Below are positions 60,275 to 64,000 of a stretch of DNA of 64,000 nucleotides, piece after piece (within the stretch, counting starts at the first letter, position 1; each line of letters opens with the position of its first letter). A model generated the notes under the pieces. It did no database searches. It saw nothing but the letters and a program-made list of their open reading frames with translations, and was not told the DNA's origin. Source of the stretch: a virus; IMG/VR virus record IMGVR_UViG_3300024270_000070. One strand, 5' to 3'. Both the position numbers and the translations under genes were made by a program.

Positions 60275-60473
60275 ATATATATTTATTTTTCACTATAAAA
60301 ATTATTTCTAACATTTTTAGCAGTAACGTATTGTAAATTCATACTACTTTTTCTTAATAAATATCATAAAAAGTCCAGACATTTTCGTATAGACTTCAGT
60401 TATTTATGGCATTTTTAGTGTAACTTGTATATCATTCCCAAAAAATATATTTGGAAAAAAGAAAAATAGTTTT

Positions 60474-60481
60474 TATTTTTG
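60474..60481 (+). promoter_or_regulatory. Bacteroides-type -7 promoter motif TATTTTTG
   Basis: 27 nt upstream of ATG 60509. Confidence 0.45.
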
Positions 60482-60508
60482 CAAAAACTTAATGAAAAAT
60501 ATTTTAAT

Positions 60509-60610
60509 ATGATTAAAGTAGAGAAAAAGGGAAAAACAGATGATTACGTTTATGATATTTCATGTGATGGTACAATTGTAAATGCGTTGGGACTAAATGT
60601 AATCTCAAAT
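60509..60610 (+). other. C-terminal split-intein half (Int-C)
   Basis: blocks F/G (VYDIS..., LNVISN) ending in Asn, +1 Thr. Confidence 0.7.
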
Positions 60611-62029
60611 ACTGACGGATTTAACTTCAAACTCCCGTCAGAGTATCGTTATACTGACGAAAACCCTTACATTGGAAAAGGACTAAATAGAAATGTCGTA
60701 GAAGGGCAAAAATATACAGGTTTCAAGGCCGATGTCGCTGAGTTCAATGACCTTTATATGCGAGGAAAGATGGGACTCGGCATAGATGAGATTGTTGATT
60801 CGACCATCAACTTCTCACGTAAAAATTACGCAGATTATTTCCCGGAAAATCCATTTCCTAATGATGTGAAACTTGTCGGTAATACCATTAAATCCAAGAA
60901 AATGCCTATATATATTTCAAAGTTTCTTGAAAAAGGTATCAGGTTGCTTCTGCAGAACAATGGCTCAGGATTTTTGGATGAATATTATTCTTATATAGAA
61001 AAGATATACAATTATCAGATTCCGCTTAAGGATATTGCATCCAAGGGTAAGGTAAAAAAGAACATTAAAGATTATATTAAGGATTGCAAGACGCTTACTA
61101 AGGCAGGTAGGCCTAAGTCACGTCAGGCATGGATGGAATTGGCAATTAAGGAAGGGCTTGATGTCAAGCAGGGTGAGACTTTGTATTATGTAAATACAGG
61201 TAAAAGCAAGTCACAGGCTGATGTCAAGAAAGTGGCTAAATATTATGAATATCAGACTTTATCAAACGGTGAACACGAGAAGGTGGATGTAACCACTAAA
61301 ATTGAAAAGGAGTTCAAGGCGCATAAGAAAGAGGACAAGTCCCTTACAATGAATGAATTCTTAACAAAGGCCTATCCATATGCTCAGAAAGAGGATGAGA
61401 TTATTCTTAACGCACGACTTCTTCCACAGAATATTGTTGATTCTGAAACAGATGTATATTGTCAGGAAGGTGAGGAATATAATTCAGCAAAGTATATTGA
61501 CATGTTCAATAAGAGAATCACACCTCTTCTTGTATGCTTCTCGAAAGATATTAGAACACGTATTCTTATTACCAATCCTGAGGACCGTCCATATTTTACC
61601 GAGGAAGAATCAGTACTTACTTCGGGACAACCTAATAAGGAAGGCGACCAAGATACATATGAACAGTTGATGACAATGGAAGATAAGGAGATTCGTTTTT
61701 GGAAAGCCCATCCTGAGTTCGATATTCCTTTCATTGATGAATGTTCTATGAATTGGGAGGAAATTGTGGCTGACTATGATAGGAGAATGGCTGAGGAAGA
61801 GGAAAAGGGTATTAATGAAATTCGTAATGCATTCAATGAGGCGTTTGAAGCCCTGCCATATGATGAAAAAGTAGCATTTGCTGAAGATGGGGATATACCT
61901 AAGAGCATATCGGCAATTGCTGATATTGACCCTAAGACAGGAAATTTTGTTTCAAAGAAGTACCCTGAATATGTTCTTATGACATTATCAGACCTTATTG
62001 AGAGTATTAGTGAGTATAATGCAGTTTGA
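60509..62029 (+). CDS. family B DNA polymerase C-half: C-terminal split-intein half + motif C + thumb
   Basis: MIKVEKKGKTDDYVYDISCDGTIVNALGLNVISN (34 aa) resembles Npu DnaE Int-C MIKIATRKYLGKQNVYDIGVERDHNFALKNGFIASN; followed by TDGFNF (motif C DTD completed with N-half ..IVGD); KSKKMPIY KxY-like; track start 60479 is TTG. Confidence 0.75.
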   Translation: MIKVEKKGKTDDYVYDISCDGTIVNALGLNVISNTDGFNFKLPSEYRYTDENPYIGKGLNRNVVEGQKYTGFKADVAEFNDLYMRGKMGLGIDEIVDSTINFSRKNYADYFPENPFPNDVKLVGNTIKSKKMPIYISKFLEKGIRLLLQNNGSGFLDEYYSYIEKIYNYQIPLKDIASKGKVKKNIKDYIKDCKTLTKAGRPKSRQAWMELAIKEGLDVKQGETLYYVNTGKSKSQADVKKVAKYYEYQTLSNGEHEKVDVTTKIEKEFKAHKKEDKSLTMNEFLTKAYPYAQKEDEIILNARLLPQNIVDSETDVYCQEGEEYNSAKYIDMFNKRITPLLVCFSKDIRTRILITNPEDRPYFTEEESVLTSGQPNKEGDQDTYEQLMTMEDKEIRFWKAHPEFDIPFIDECSMNWEEIVADYDRRMAEEEEKGINEIRNAFNEAFEALPYDEKVAFAEDGDIPKSISAIADIDPKTGNFVSKKYPEYVLMTLSDLIESISEYNAV

Positions 62030-62844
62030 TTATGATTAAAACACTTGAAATTAACTATAAGGCAAAGAATAGTGTTAATGACTATTATTATCTTAGTGAG
62101 GATGAAAATGAGAAAAAAAGAAAACTTCTTCCTAAGAAGATTGAGTTTACACCGGGGTTGAATCTTGTTATTGGTGAAAACGGTTGTGGTAAGACGACAT
62201 TGGTTGATATAATAACAAGGTTGACGCTTGCTCGTGGTGGCCTCAATAATGAATATACGTTTTGGGATGATGTAAAGATTTTTTATCCTGATTCATCAGG
62301 GTTTGACCCCGCTTATAAGCCGCAGGATATGTTCAGAATTGTCAATGATTATGATGCTCCTGTTCATAGAATGGATGATACGGGTGTGAAAAATAAGAGA
62401 GGCGGTTACAATTTTCAAAATTTCCGTGATTTTGCACAGTTTTTTTCTGAAGGAAAAATGAGCAAAGGACAGAGAATGATAAATACGCTTAAAATGGCAA
62501 TCATTGAGGCCAATGAAAAAATGGGGGTATATACCAAAGATTCTTTGTTTCCTAAAAAACCGATGAATGATATGTGGACAAAGGCTGTTGAGAAAACGAA
62601 AGAGGCTATTGACGGTTTTAATGATGATACACTCCCAAAGAAAGCGGTTTTCATTATGGATGAACCTGATGAGGGGCTTGATGTGGATAATCTTGCAGCA
62701 TTGAGGGATTTTTTGGTTGATGCATCACAAACAGTGCAAATTATTGTTGTTCTTCATAATCAACTTCTTATTAAATCTCTTGCTAACAAAGCAAATATCA
62801 TTGAATTATCTGAGGGATATTTGGATAAGATTAGACGATTTTAA
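62026..62844 (+). CDS. small ABC-type (RecF/SMC-like) ATPase
   Basis: Walker A GENGCGKTT, signature-like MSKGQR, Walker B/D-loop VFIMDEPDEGLD; ATGA overlap with polB C-half. Confidence 0.55.
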   Translation: MIMIKTLEINYKAKNSVNDYYYLSEDENEKKRKLLPKKIEFTPGLNLVIGENGCGKTTLVDIITRLTLARGGLNNEYTFWDDVKIFYPDSSGFDPAYKPQDMFRIVNDYDAPVHRMDDTGVKNKRGGYNFQNFRDFAQFFSEGKMSKGQRMINTLKMAIIEANEKMGVYTKDSLFPKKPMNDMWTKAVEKTKEAIDGFNDDTLPKKAVFIMDEPDEGLDVDNLAALRDFLVDASQTVQIIVVLHNQLLIKSLANKANIIELSEGYLDKIRRF

Positions 62845-62847
62845 AAT

Positions 62848-62883
62848 AAAACGGGATGTGTCTCACGACAGGTCCCGTTTTTT
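62848..62883 (+). terminator. intrinsic terminator, copy 2 of the 35-nt element
   Basis: identical to 47298..47332. Confidence 0.65.
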
Positions 62884-62921
62884 CGTGTGTAAGTATATAA
62901 TAAGTAAGTAAATGTTCAATA

Positions 62922-63545
62922 TTAACTATAAAATTCTTGAAAAGTAAAGGTTTGTATTGACCAGTTCCTAAGTGCTTCAACGTTAGTTCCTGAATTTAAC
63001 TGACTTGCTTCCGATGGTTCATAATATCCAGATAATACAGCATAACCAGTCTGAGTTGTACAAATGTATACGAGATAACAGAGGTAAGAACCTATTGGCC
63101 ATGTACTGTGTTTGCTTGTGTTAAGGGTTAATGTCGCACCTGTGGTATAAGTTGAGTTTAAAGTACCTGGTGAACAATAAAAAATAGATGTACCTGTTTC
63201 CAATGAGCTATATTTTAACGAGGGGAGGGTTGAAGTTGTATATCTCCATCCATTTAATACTGTGTTTGATGTTAACGCACTAGTATAAAAATGAATTGTT
63301 AGTTTACCAATGTTTTTTGTCATAGACCAATCTTTGCTTGGTACAAGTTGTTTAGCATTATAGGCTGTTGAAATTGTTAAAGTATAACCGGTTTTTGCTG
63401 CTGCAGTAATTTGGGCTTTTGTTGGACACATATCTAAACTTGGTATGTATGATGCGTTATTGATGTTCGTTGTGTTGAAACTGAACTTCCCTGTATTTTG
63501 CATTTCTCCTGCTGTGTATATAGCATTACTATTATCCGTCGCCAT
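62922..63545 (-). CDS. hypothetical S/T-rich beta protein (fibre tip / receptor-binding candidate)
   Basis: ORF track; T/S/Y/N-rich. Confidence 0.4.
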   Translation of the reverse strand: MATDNSNAIYTAGEMQNTGKFSFNTTNINNASYIPSLDMCPTKAQITAAAKTGYTLTISTAYNAKQLVPSKDWSMTKNIGKLTIHFYTSALTSNTVLNGWRYTTSTLPSLKYSSLETGTSIFYCSPGTLNSTYTTGATLTLNTSKHSTWPIGSYLCYLVYICTTQTGYAVLSGYYEPSEASQLNSGTNVEALRNWSIQTFTFQEFYS

Positions 63546-63681
63546 ATGTATTTTACATTTTTACTTTTCGTTATTAAAATATACACTTGATTTATAACTA
63601 TAAATAGTTATAAATCAAGTAAACAACTCACTTAGTTAAAAATAATTTCTCACATTTTTTGTTTAATCCAAAAGAAAACAC

Positions 63682-63689
63682 TATCTTTG
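63682..63689 (+). promoter_or_regulatory. Bacteroides-type -7 promoter motif TATCTTTG
   Basis: 21 nt upstream of ATG 63711. Confidence 0.45.
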
Positions 63690-63710
63690 CAACAAAAATT
63701 ATTTGGTTTT

Positions 63711-64000
63711 ATGAGTACATATGTTGTATCAATGATTGAGGTCCGTAATGGTGGAAAATGGGAACTCCTTAGAAAGTTTCGTCGTGATGATTACCTTGCT
63801 TGCGAGGCAGATGGGGCATTTCCTAAAGACCTTACTTGGAAAATGTCGAAAGAGTATCTTGATGAGGGTGAGGAGCCAATTGAATTTGGGTATATTGAGG
63901 ATACGACTCATTTTATGGAGGATTATGAAATTCAGGATTTCCTATTGAATAAAGAATATAATTTTGGATATATTGAATCAGACCTTGGCATGCCTAAGGA
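63711..64000 (+). CDS. hypothetical protein, 3' partial (runs off window)
   Basis: stop-free frame from ATG 63711 (MSTYVVSMIEVRNGGKWELLRKF...) to window end; not in ORF track because it has no stop. Confidence 0.45.
   Translation, partial: MSTYVVSMIEVRNGGKWELLRKFRRDDYLACEADGAFPKDLTWKMSKEYLDEGEEPIEFGYIEDTTHFMEDYEIQDFLLNKEYNFGYIESDLGMPK

Noticed and set aside
53346-62029. Alternative explanation of split polB as an assembly inversion or pseudogene
   Set aside because: Both junctions carry intact, correctly oriented intein blocks (A, B at the N-half end; F, G + Asn at the C-half start). The C-half starts at an ATG with its own promoter motif. The N-half has its own terminator. A random break would not produce these features. 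Still requires read-level confirmation.
1-64000. Diversity-generating retroelement or phase-variable invertible fibre segment
   Set aside because: No reverse transcriptase, template-repeat/variable-repeat pair or invertase gene found. Repeats seen are in-frame tandem or dispersed direct repeats only.

Overview
This window reads as a large tailed dsDNA phage genome segment; no rRNA, tRNA or CRISPR array was seen. The host is inferred to be Bacteroidota from (i) at least 11 intergenic copies of the Bacteroides-type -7 promoter motif TAnnTTTG sitting just upstream of start codons, (ii) a BspA-type leucine-rich-repeat block inside a 2969-aa protein, and (iii) a Fib_succ_major domain in a tail fibre. 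The layout is: a plus-strand structural / tail-fibre module (1-23.7 kb); a minus-strand block (23.8-34 kb) with a T5orf172 gene, a lysis cassette (GH108 endolysin plus u-spanin-like lipoprotein), a sigma-70-family factor and an SbcC/Rad50 ATPase; a second plus-strand fibre set (34.9-41 kb); and a replication/recombination module (41.6-62.8 kb) with primase, SbcD/Mre11, ClpP, an SPFH/flotillin protein, a tnpB-only IS200/605-type element with its omega-RNA scaffold, and a Dam-like methylase fragment. The most striking feature is the family-B DNA polymerase, which is encoded in two pieces: an N-half ending in an N-terminal split-intein half (53346..55880) and a C-half beginning with a DnaE-like 34-aa C-terminal split-intein half (60509..62029). 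Joining the exteins reconstitutes motif C (..IVGD|TDG..). A 4.6-kb opposite-strand tailspike/tail-fibre cassette sits between the halves. All calls are from sequence and motif reading only; no database searches were run.
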